From assembly GCA_049999805.1 (NCBI GenBank), contig JBNGIO010006293.1, positions 351,102 through 407,057 of the forward strand: a stretch of DNA of 55,956 nt. The letters run 5' to 3'. The DNA comes from Folioceros fuciformis (lineage: Eukaryota). A program made the position numbers and the translations under genes. Positions 24,089 to 36,283 of the stretch are shown here, piece by piece (the stretch's first letter is position 1; each line of letters starts with the position of its first letter). The notes under the pieces were generated by a model, which had not been told where the DNA came from, did not search any database, and saw only the letters and a list, made by a program, of their open reading frames with translations.

Positions 24089-24676
24089 AAAGAAACATCT
24101 TCGGATGCAAGACAAACAGAAAGCAGATACGTGTTACAACTATCAAGCACTACGTCACACTAAAAGTTGGTGGGAACAAATTTCCGTTAGCAATCCCTTC
24201 CACCTTGAGATTCACCAGAGGTGTGCTATTCTTATGCAGCAAGCCAAGACCCAGCAAATATGGCATGCAAACCTGCGGACCCGGGTGGTCAGCGGACATT
24301 GACAATGCCCTGGTACTAAACACACGTTGTGGGAACAGCAACCAACTGGCGATGAACATGAGCATGAAGCGGATAGATGGCATGAAGCGGATAGATGGCA
24401 TGAGCGACACGAGGATATGAAGGCAAGCAAGAACAGGAAAAAGCCGAGCTAAAATAGGAAGAAAAGGCACAAGCAAGAAACTCTTCTCCTTGAAGATCTC
24501 AAAAGTCGGCAGGAACACAAGATGCCCATGATCTCAACCACCCGCTGTACTTTTTCCTGCTACCGGATGGAAGTACCGGGCCTAGGTTCAGCCGAATGTG
24601 AAGGAAATGTTTTTTAGGACCAACGTTTCTATTCAGGGTTTTACACGTAACGCTACCCAGTCCCTCTAACTGCTTC

Positions 24677-26977
24677 TCATGGTCGACCCTTACAACTGCA
24701 ACTACCCGCTGCAAATCGATGCACACGGTATGCGTCCCTTACAACAATGCTTCTCCTTTCAACCCTGGACATGATCTCGGTGGAGCTGTGGCAATCGCTG
24801 CACATGCGTAGGTTCTTTGTTACTATCAAAGGTGCGCCACTGGGAGTGTTCAGAAGACCATAGGCTAGGGCTAGCTTCTCGGCATGCCCGCAGAGAGAAT
24901 CCTCCTTTTCCTTCTCAGACAGTGGCTTCAAAACCAACTTTGTGTGCGGGACGTGGCCCCCTTCCTCCTTCACCCGTACGTTCATGGTCTCTAGGATGAG
25001 GGAAAGATCGTCCCTACTATCTCCCACCACAAATGTGTGTACCTGCTCGTTAACCTCGATGCCTGCTACAGCAGGTTTCTTCTTAGCTCCTGCTACCATT
25101 CTCTGCCTTTCAATCCTCTCGGCATCTGCCCACCTACCTGCATTTGCATAGACACTGGCCATGAGAACATAGGTGGATGCCCGCTTCGGATCCACTCTGA
25201 CGAGACTCTCAAAACACCGCGTCGCCCTCTCTACATCCCCGTGACTTTTGCTGGCAGTCAGCAAAGACGTCAAGCCCACAAAATTGTCTTGACTTTCACA
25301 TGATAGTAACATCTTCTCTGCCTCATCTAGCTTTCCTGCACGCCCAAGAAGATCGATCATGCAATTGTAGTGCTGGACGTTAGGTCTGATGCCATGCTGC
25401 TCGACCATGGCACGGAAGTGCTTGTGACCCTCATCCACCAATCCCTGATGACTGCATGCGACCAAGACGTTAGTAAAGGTAGCATCATCAGGCTGAATAC
25501 CTGCGAGCACCATCTCCTCAAAACACACCAATGCCCTATGACCTTCATCACAAGATCCATACCCAGCTATCAGGGCATTCCATGTGACCACGTCCTTGGT
25601 GGCCAAGCTGTCAAAAACCGTGCGAGCAACTTCCAGTTCACCACATTTTGCGTACATGTCCACCAGGCATGTCCCCACCAGGATGTTATCTAGCTGTCCT
25701 CTTCCCACAATCTGTGAGTGCAGCTGTCTGCCCTCTTTCAGAGCGCCAGCGCTTGCACAGGCCTTTAAAAGGGAAGAAAATGTACAATCGTTACACAAAA
25801 TCAGACCGTCTTGCTTCATTTGTCCATACAGCACAAGTGCCTCATGACCAAGCCCGTGATTTGCATACCCAGATATCAGGGCCGTCCAGGTCACCACATC
25901 CTTGGTAGGCAAGCTGTCGAAAACCTGACGTGCATCTTCCAGTTGGCCACATTTTGCATACATGGCCACCAGGCAGCTCCCAACAAACAAATTAGGAGGA
26001 AAGCCACTGAGCAACACGTCGGAGTGCACTTTTCTGCCAGATTCCAGGTCGGTGGCCAGCGTGCAAGCTTGAAGGGCCGCTACAAAGACGTGAGCATCTG
26101 CCTTCGCACCTGACCTACACATCTCATGGTAAAGCTGTATGGCTTCCTTGGGTTTCCCATGTTTGGCATGTGCGGAGATGATGGAAACCCACATAAACGC
26201 ATCTGGCTTGCCAACATTGGTGAACACATCCATGGCCTCTTCTAACATACCTCCACCTGCGTACATACGCAAGAGATGGTTCCCCACGTAAGTACTTGAC
26301 TCGTACCCAAGCTTGACACTGAGATCATGAATTCTTCTCCCGAAAACTACATCCTTCTTAGCTGCACACAATTTGAGCACAGTATACAACAGGGACTGCG
26401 AGATAGGATAGTCAGTGACTGCCAAAAATTCCAGAGCTGCCGTGGCCTCAATAAGGTTTCCTTGCTGACATAATGTGATCACAGTTACAGCCGTGACACC
26501 CATTTCTGATCCTGCAGGGCGGCTGGGATCAGGCTTCTGGAAAAAGCTGAAGTGGGAGTTAGAAGGAGAGGCAGCTTGAGCCATCTGCACATCCAAAGCA
26601 GCCAACTGCTCATCCACCCAAGTTGGATTGGAGAAGTTGTCCAACCACAGGGCCTCGCCAGAACCTTTACGTCGGAAGTCCGGAGAACGGGAGCTCCTCT
26701 TATCTCGCCTGTTATCCCACCACATGGTAGGGTCGTAAAAAAACTGCCGCCACAACAGCTCCAGCTCCTGGCGACGACCATCCCTGGATACTGCTTCCCC
26801 AGCCAAAGACGTTGTGGGCAGTGCTGGGTTCCTCACGCTGCTGGACCTACTAGAGACTTCGTTGTTTGCTACTGGTTGACTCCATGAACTGAGCACAGCA
26901 GGAGCTCTTCGCACCATTGCCGTACACCCACCAGCGGGTTGGGTCCATGACGGATCTCTTTGCCATACTGTGGCCAT
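24677..26977 (-). CDS. PLS-DYW PPR protein of the KP/GRP type (candidate U-to-C RNA editing factor) with N-terminal PDF motif, 766 aa
   Basis: KKPAVAGIEV in place of the PG box, LCGHAEKLA, KNLRMCSDCH, C-terminal CSCKGRP; N-terminal WWDNR..K....PDFRRKGSGEALWL. Confidence 0.95.
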   Translation of the reverse strand: MATVWQRDPSWTQPAGGCTAMVRRAPAVLSSWSQPVANNEVSSRSSSVRNPALPTTSLAGEAVSRDGRRQELELLWRQFFYDPTMWWDNRRDKRSSRSPDFRRKGSGEALWLDNFSNPTWVDEQLAALDVQMAQAASPSNSHFSFFQKPDPSRPAGSEMGVTAVTVITLCQQGNLIEATAALEFLAVTDYPISQSLLYTVLKLCAAKKDVVFGRRIHDLSVKLGYESSTYVGNHLLRMYAGGGMLEEAMDVFTNVGKPDAFMWVSIISAHAKHGKPKEAIQLYHEMCRSGAKADAHVFVAALQACTLATDLESGRKVHSDVLLSGFPPNLFVGSCLVAMYAKCGQLEDARQVFDSLPTKDVVTWTALISGYANHGLGHEALVLYGQMKQDGLILCNDCTFSSLLKACASAGALKEGRQLHSQIVGRGQLDNILVGTCLVDMYAKCGELEVARTVFDSLATKDVVTWNALIAGYGSCDEGHRALVCFEEMVLAGIQPDDATFTNVLVACSHQGLVDEGHKHFRAMVEQHGIRPNVQHYNCMIDLLGRAGKLDEAEKMLLSCESQDNFVGLTSLLTASKSHGDVERATRCFESLVRVDPKRASTYVLMASVYANAGRWADAERIERQRMVAGAKKKPAVAGIEVNEQVHTFVVGDSRDDLSLILETMNVRVKEEGGHVPHTKLVLKPLSEKEKEDSLCGHAEKLALAYGLLNTPSGAPLIVTKNLRMCSDCHSSTEIMSRVERRSIVVRDAYRVHRFAAGSCSCKGRP

Positions 26978-27347
26978 CTGATGGGTAGCACTCTCGGAAG
27001 ACGAGAGGCCGCAGCTACAAGGATGCCTAGCTACTTTGCATCACCCAACAACTGAGGAGATCACAGAATCTTCAGCAAGTTCTGCGTGGACGATTGCCAA
27101 TGGCAAGGACACCCCTTCCCGCGTGCATTGTAGAAGCTCCCCATCACATCCAGCCAACACAAGAAACTAAATCTAAACGCTACCATCACAAACGTCTCCT
27201 CACCTTACCACCTAATATGCACATATCAGTATGGGCTGAACCGACTTGGATCGTCCAGCTCCTAACTCACCCTGGTAGTGCGACGTTTAGCTCGGCCTAA
27301 ATGATTTTCACTGACGACCGTCTGGTGAATCGCTTCCGGATCTGGAT

Positions 27348-29821
<2,474 letters not shown>

Positions 29822-30399
29822 GTCTTGTTTCATTTCTGCCAATGCTGCTGGCGTCTACATAATAAGGGCAACAGATCGTCCAGAGACAGTTTACTACACC
29901 TTCTGAAACCTGCCTGAACACTGGTCCTCCTCCCTGAGCAAGACCTCTGGTTGGGAATCACAAGCCCACAAACTCCCCTCCCACATCCAAAACAGACCGA
30001 TGCGATGCACCCAAGCTGCGTTTTGGAAGTTTTCCAGCAATCCTTCTGGAACTCCACGAGCCGCGTCCAGGGAATCTCTCCGGAGCTCCGACCACACTCA
30101 CTGGAAGATCCGTCTCCAGCCAGACAGACTCTTCGACGAGCTGCAAGGGAAGGGAAATGCAGCAGTGTGTTCCTACTGATTCCAGGTGCAAGAACCCCAT
30201 CGTCAGAAACCGATGGTCATTCTATGAAACTCAGCAATAGAGCACCAGCATCACGGACTAGTTGCCTGCGACTATCTTCGTTTACACGCACACCTAAACT
30301 CAAAGGAAGGAACAGACTCACCCAAAGGCTGCTATGTGTGGCCTCGGTTCCGCTCCCCTCAAATGTAGTGTCCGGCTGTGCCATCCGGACTGAAAATTT

Positions 30400-30900
30400 C
30401 GCCCGGGGTTCCGAATCCAGGGTAATGCGTGTCGTCCCGTTCCTTACCTCATGGCATTACATGACCTTTCCATTGAGCAACTGGCTCTGAATTCTGAGCA
30501 GATAAGATTGCAGGTTTCAAGATAACGGACTGTATTCTAGGGTAGGGGCAGCAATGGGGCATGTCTGTAGTAATGCGGGCTGTACTCATACTTGTGGCTA
30601 TCCACGGATTCCCAATAAAATGGGATGGGCTCTGTCAGAGCCTAGAGCATCTGCCACTAGTACCGAGGTCTCGCATCCCTACTCTCAATCCTAAACCCTA
30701 TGTGCGAGCGTATCGAAAACTGTGCATGCAGTTGGAACCCAGCATATTTCTGGATGGGTTTTTGTAGGCTTAGAATTCTTGGGGTCACAACCTTACGAAA
30801 TGTCCCATGGCCGTATCTCAATTTGTGAGTCGCAAGACAGGGTCTGATGCGGTTCTGGCTGCGCACAAAGCATCGCAGCAGTTCCCTCGCTACGGCAAAC
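30400..30900 (+). pseudogene. Degenerate partial duplicate of the 5' UTR and first exons of the downstream nucleotidyltransferase gene
   Basis: Collinear similarity with about 32530-33100 (e.g. GTAATGCGTGTCGTCCCGTTCCTTACC vs GTAATCCGTGTCGTCTCGTTCCTGACC; MRAVLILVAIHG vs MRAVIEAIHG), with indels. Confidence 0.8.
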
Positions 30901-31324
30901 CAGACTTGCCATTAATCAGATGCCTGGTTTTTCGCAAACACTCATCTTTATTTGCATAACTGTAATGTTTTTTTTTGCTATGTATAGCTTTGTTTACATA
31001 ACAGTAAACGTTTTGCTATGTACATCCTAATTGCATAGCTGCAAACTTTTGCTATGCACAGCTCTGTTTGCATAATTGCAATTTTTTGTACAGCAAAAAT
31101 TGGGATATGCTTTCATGGCATGCAACCAAACAACCAGCTAGTAAGAGCTTTTACATTCAGATATTTTTCTGAGAGATGTTCAAGAAAGACAACACAACTA
31201 TGCCCTATTGCCGCATGCCTAGAAAGCTGGGACAGTCTATAAGGTAGGAATGTCATCCAAAGAGAAGGTAGGGATGTCATGGCAAAGGCCCCAGCCCACC
31301 ATACCCTTAATACTCATATCCAAG

Positions 31325-31512
31325 ATGTGAGCAAACACTAAGCGCCCATGGCAACTGATTCCAGAGTTCAAAGTGTACCAACTAACAAAATGTGAGCAAA
31401 CACTAAGTGCCCATGGCAACTGATTCCAAAGTTCAAAGTGTACCAACTAACAAAATGTGAGCAAACACTAAGCGCCCATGGCAACTAATTCCAGAGTTCA
31501 AAGTGTACCAAC
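31325..31512. repeat. 65-bp tandem repeat (about 3 copies)
   Basis: ATGTGAGCAAACACTAAG... at 31325, 31390 and 31455. Confidence 0.95.
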
Positions 31513-32665
31513 CTAATACCTTTCATGCTGGCATTCGTTCTTATTCAAGGAAGGGAGCAAGATCTTAGATTCTAGCTCAATAATGCATTGAAGAGTTTCG
31601 AATTACATTAGCATCTTTTGTCACTAGGATGAGATTCCACCTAGGCTTGTCAAATTCCACTAGCATCTTCTGGCTTTCTTTGTCTCCACATGCAGTTGTG
31701 AGGTTGCTATGGATGACTCTAGATCACACCCAACACATTGTCTTGTGAGAGGGTAGTACATTGCTAGTATGATGTTGTTTGTGACATCTTATTCTCTATG
31801 ATCAAAGAGTATGGATTTTTCCATACACAAAGCATTCTTATACATTGTGCAACACAGTTTCCCCTAAGACTTACTTTTTTTCATTTCAAGGGAGCAAATT
31901 TGTGCTACATATGTGGTTGTCATAGATACCAATAGGGACACTATGTATGAGTACATTATTATCACCCCTCTAGGTTGGGCAGTTAAGAGATGCATGACAA
32001 TCAAGGTTCATAAATTTGCCCTTACATAGGATCTTCATGTTTTTATCCCTCATACTCTTGAGGCTTGTGAGTTCATGGTCCTAGATTTTACAAATAACAT
32101 CTTAAGAGTTATCAATACTTTCCTCTAGGCTACCCCTTCTGGCTTTTCCTCCTCTTATTTGGGTAGATGAAATTTCTCATATCTTTTAAATAAAATACTC
32201 TCTTTTTCAGAATACTCCCTTCTTAAAGTTTCCTCCTAATACAAGGCCTTTGATGTATTTTATAGAATAATTAATTAATTTTATAATAAAATTATTGGTG
32301 GCGAATTGTCATGCACAGAAGCCTTGCCAATTGCACAGTCGACAAACTCCACGACCTATCTATCGTAAAGAACTGTCTATTGTAAATGTCTGACTGCGAA
32401 TAGTCTAGCGTTGAGCTAACCTGTATTTTTTTATCCGGACCAAGGACTCTCTCCGTTTGATTTCCGCTTCCAAGGACTTCCACTTCGGTCAGATGCAATC
32501 TGACCGACTGTGTGCCATATAGATCCTGTGGGTTCTAAACCCGAGGTAATCCGTGTCGTCTCGTTCCTGACCTTATGGCATGGCCTTTCCGTTGAGCAGC
32601 TGGCACTGAATTCTAGATGCAGCTTGCGAGATAACGGATTGTGGTATCTTTGGGCAGGGACAGCG

Positions 32666-34918
32666 ATGGAGCCTGTAATGAGGGCAGTCATTGAAGCTAT
32701 CCACGGATCCCCGACTCAAGTCGTCCTCCACCTCTCTGGTGGTGCTTCACAGGTAATCAGATAGGTGTGGGTGCTGCAATCCAAACGTGGGTGATTTGAC
32801 ACTGTCCGGATTTTATGTGAATGATCGAATTCGTGCAGGCTGTGGGATGGCTTCTGTCAGTGCCTGGTGCATCTGCCACCATCCTCGAGGTCACTGTCCC
32901 CTACTCCAGGGCTTCCATGGTTCAGCTTATCGGAAAAGTATGCATGCAGTATGAACCCAGCATGTTTATGGGTTAACTTTTGTGGTCTTCTGTTTCTTGG
33001 GCTCACAACCTCATGAAATGTTGCATAGCTGCCATCTCAATTTGTGAGCCGCGAAACAGCAAATGACTTGGCTTTGGCCGCGTACAATCGGGCCCTCCGG
33101 CTTTCCATGCCAGGTTGTCTGCAAGTTTCAGATTACGAATGTGCTTGACAGCTACGCTACAGTTCTCTTGCATTTTCGAGTGCTTCTGACGTTGTGAGAA
33201 CAGGTGTGCCAGTGGCAGGGATAGGCTTCACTGGTGCATTGGTGTCAGGAGCTCCAAAGCGGGGTGAACACAGGTAAGTCAGTTTGGTGACAGTAATGAG
33301 GTTGATATCTTGCGATCCGAACCCCGCCTTTGATTTGAAGGGAGGATCTGGCACCAGGTGTTTTGTGACAGCTCGAACCCTGGGAAAACAGTGGGAGTAT
33401 GATATCACGCTTTCGAAAGTAAGCTTGATGACTAAGCTGGAAACTGCTGTATGCATATATATCCTCCGACACGACACTATCGTTCTAACTACTCTCGTCC
33501 TTAGGGCTTAAGGGATCGTGTTGGTGAAGATCAAGTGACAAGTCGAGTTCTGCTCAAGGTGCTGTAACGATAATCTCTGTCTAGCAGTAGAAACTCTTGG
33601 TTACTGACGCCCTAGTCGAACCTCCTTCTTGGGCACCAGCAGAGAGTTCAACTATGTACTAGTCTTTTGGCAGACTTTGGCAGACGTGTGTGGAGTTCAA
33701 CCTAAGATCCCTTTGGATCTCAATGAATCAGATGAGATGTTGAGAGAGTTCACCTTAGACTACTCAGAGGACGAAAAGATCCAGCAGCTTCTGAGTGGGC
33801 AAATTTCGTCCATCACGTATGGGAAAGCTACTGGTCAGTCATGTGCATGGTCTCTGCTGTATTTTCTGTTTCTGGTGATCGTTTCCACCGTTCTCATTGT
33901 TTGGCGAGCTGTATGTGTGTGTGCAGTTTCACAGCACTGCTGTTGATAAAGTTTGTCTATTTGCAAGTAGCAGCCAACGAGGGAAGGAGAGTTGTACTAT
34001 GCGGATCCTTCAATCCACTGCACGAAGGTCATGTCAAGCTCCTGGACACTGCTTGCAGGTTAACTTTCTTGCCAACCAGCCCTCACAGGGCACCTGCTTT
34101 TTATGTCAACCTCTCTATAGGATGATATGCATTTTGCAAGTCCATGGTGGCTATGATCAGTCTTTCAGCGGGTGGTATTCCCTGCTTCGAGATGTCAGCC
34201 TTAAACCCCGACAAGCCCTCGCTGTCTCTGGAGGTGATCAAATCAAGGGTGAAGCAATTTGAGGATAGAGGTATTTCTTTCCTCCTCGAGGTGCAGTGTC
34301 TCTATTCCCATAATTTGCTGTTTGTCATGTCCTGGCAGGTCACAACAAATGCCTTCAAACATGCTGACAGCAGGCAATCATTTTGTATGCAGGAAAAGTG
34401 GTTGTTGTAACTAGTCAACCATACTTTTACAAGAAGGCGGAGCTCTTTCCCGACAGCTCTTTTGTTGTGGGTTTTGATACCGCCATCAGGTTACTTAACG
34501 TGAGACTTTCTTGCCCAACGTCTGCTGTTTCCCTTCGTCCGACTCAGACCCCTTAAAGACGGTTCACTCTTGTTCAGCCCAAGTACTATGGAGGCAGTCA
34601 AGCAAGGATGCTGGAGGTGATGTACTCTATCAAGCAGCTGGGATGTGACTTTCTTGTCGCAGGTCGCAAAGTGGACGGAAGGTTTCAGGTATGGAGCTTA
34701 CTGGTCACAAGACTCTTGTACAGAAGACAACCATCTGGTCGAAACCTACTGAAACCGTTGCCCATGTTACTTACTCATTGCAGGTGCTATCTGACGTGGG
34801 GATTCCTGCTGAAATTGAAGGTCTGTTCAAGGCCGTGCCTCAAGATTTATTTCAGATGGATATCTCTTCCACTGAAATCCGGAACCGCATCCTAAGTACT
34901 GAGAATGCGAATACATAG
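32666..34918 (+). CDS. Nucleotidyltransferase (cytidylyltransferase-like, HxGH) family protein, multi-exon
   Basis: AIHGSPTQVVLHLSGGASQ, WLLSVPGASATILE, GSFNPLHEGH, FEMSALNPDKP, FYKKAELFP, VGFDTAIRL, FLVAGRK, DISSTEIR. Confidence 0.9.
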
Positions 34919-35027
34919 GACATAGGCTTCGTGCAGTTAGCAGTCCAGGAGACAAAACGGTTGAAGGGTATGATCAAATTGGTTATGAGGATGGGCCTCT
35001 CCCACCACCAGCTTTACAACAGAATTG

Positions 35028-35435
35028 TTAAGTTACCACAGTTTCAACGAAGGCTGTTTGAAGTGGAGGACTTTCAACAGATTGCACAAACGAGACACTA
35101 AGTGGAAGAATATCCACAGCCGCAGCAGCCGCACCGGTGCTGTCAAGACTAGTGTTGAATTCGGAAATCAGAGTTTCCATGGGGTTTGCCCCGCCCTTCA
35201 GCCCGATCCTCATCTTCAATACATTCCCGTGACTGTCCACTTTTTGCTCCGCCTGCTCAGGCCGATTGGGTCTCTCTGCTGCTTCGTCCCACAGGGATAC
35301 GCTTTCACCAGAGGCGCTGTCACTGACATCACTGTCGGACACTAGTTCCGCGTCACCAGCCTCAGTGGAGACGATGGCGAGCAGGTCCTTGAGCATCACC
35401 GAGCATTCGTTAGCAATATGATTAGGGTCATCCAT
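35028..35435 (-). CDS. Possible acidic hypothetical protein or exon (135 aa)
   Basis: Open frame from ATG (MDDPNH...) with S/D/E-rich composition; no family recognised. Confidence 0.3.
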   Translation of the reverse strand: MDDPNHIANECSVMLKDLLAIVSTEAGDAELVSDSDVSDSASGESVSLWDEAAERPNRPEQAEQKVDSHGNVLKMRIGLKGGANPMETLISEFNTSLDSTGAAAAAVDILPLSVSFVQSVESPPLQTAFVETVVT

Positions 35436-36283
35436 GGTATCTAGCACGATTGTACAGATGGGCCTCAACGGGAGATGAAAGGAAAGGGAACCGCTTGAGC
35501 ACGGCATGGGCGAAAGGACACCAGACAGCCGTGACCAACCGCCATGCCAAGGGACAGCCCGGGGTTCGAACCACAGGTGACAAAAACAGCCTAGGGCGTG
35601 CACAACTAACTCGCCAATATTAGCTCCACGCTCCGCATTCAAGACTGCCCTAATCCCACCCCTACCTGCAAAAACGAATGAAGATGTTCAGTCGTCTCGC
35701 AAAGCATACAAGTTCGCTGAACCACCGCCAACTGAGAATTGCATCGCAGCTGGCAATCGAGAAGCGAACTTACCGTAGGTACTCACAATCTTGCACAGTA
35801 GCAGCACTGCCTTCAAGAGGGGAGGAGTCGATAATGCTGTTCCCTTTCAGAACAGCTATCATACACTACAGTGCGGAGCCCAACTAGTTCACCACACACT
35901 CCAGACTGGAAGGGACATACGAGATCCCCGACGATTGTGTTCGGGGATGGCGACATAAAGCAACCTCTAGCTTTCTATAACTGCTTAGGCAGCGAAGCAT
36001 CTCGCTTCCTCATAAGGCACATCCTGTCCACCTGCAGTCATGCTGCCCTGAGGTTGGTGAAGGAGCTCTAGGCTCCTTATTGGTCAAGTGTTGCTTGCTC
36101 CGCACTTGAAAACGTTAGTCAGTCGGTTAGTTCGTCTCGCCTATCTAGGAGGAAATACACAGCAGAAACCTTCTGCTTGACAGAAGGCAATTGGCTTTCG
36201 GGAGCACCAACTACTTGGTCAGACAAAGGATGTAAAACTCTTGGCCTGAACGCATTCACATGGACAAATCTTCACGATAGAAC

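Noticed and set aside
31325-31512. Tandem arrays (65, 48, 37 bp) as CRISPR-like arrays
   Set aside because: No unique spacers, no cas genes, eukaryotic context
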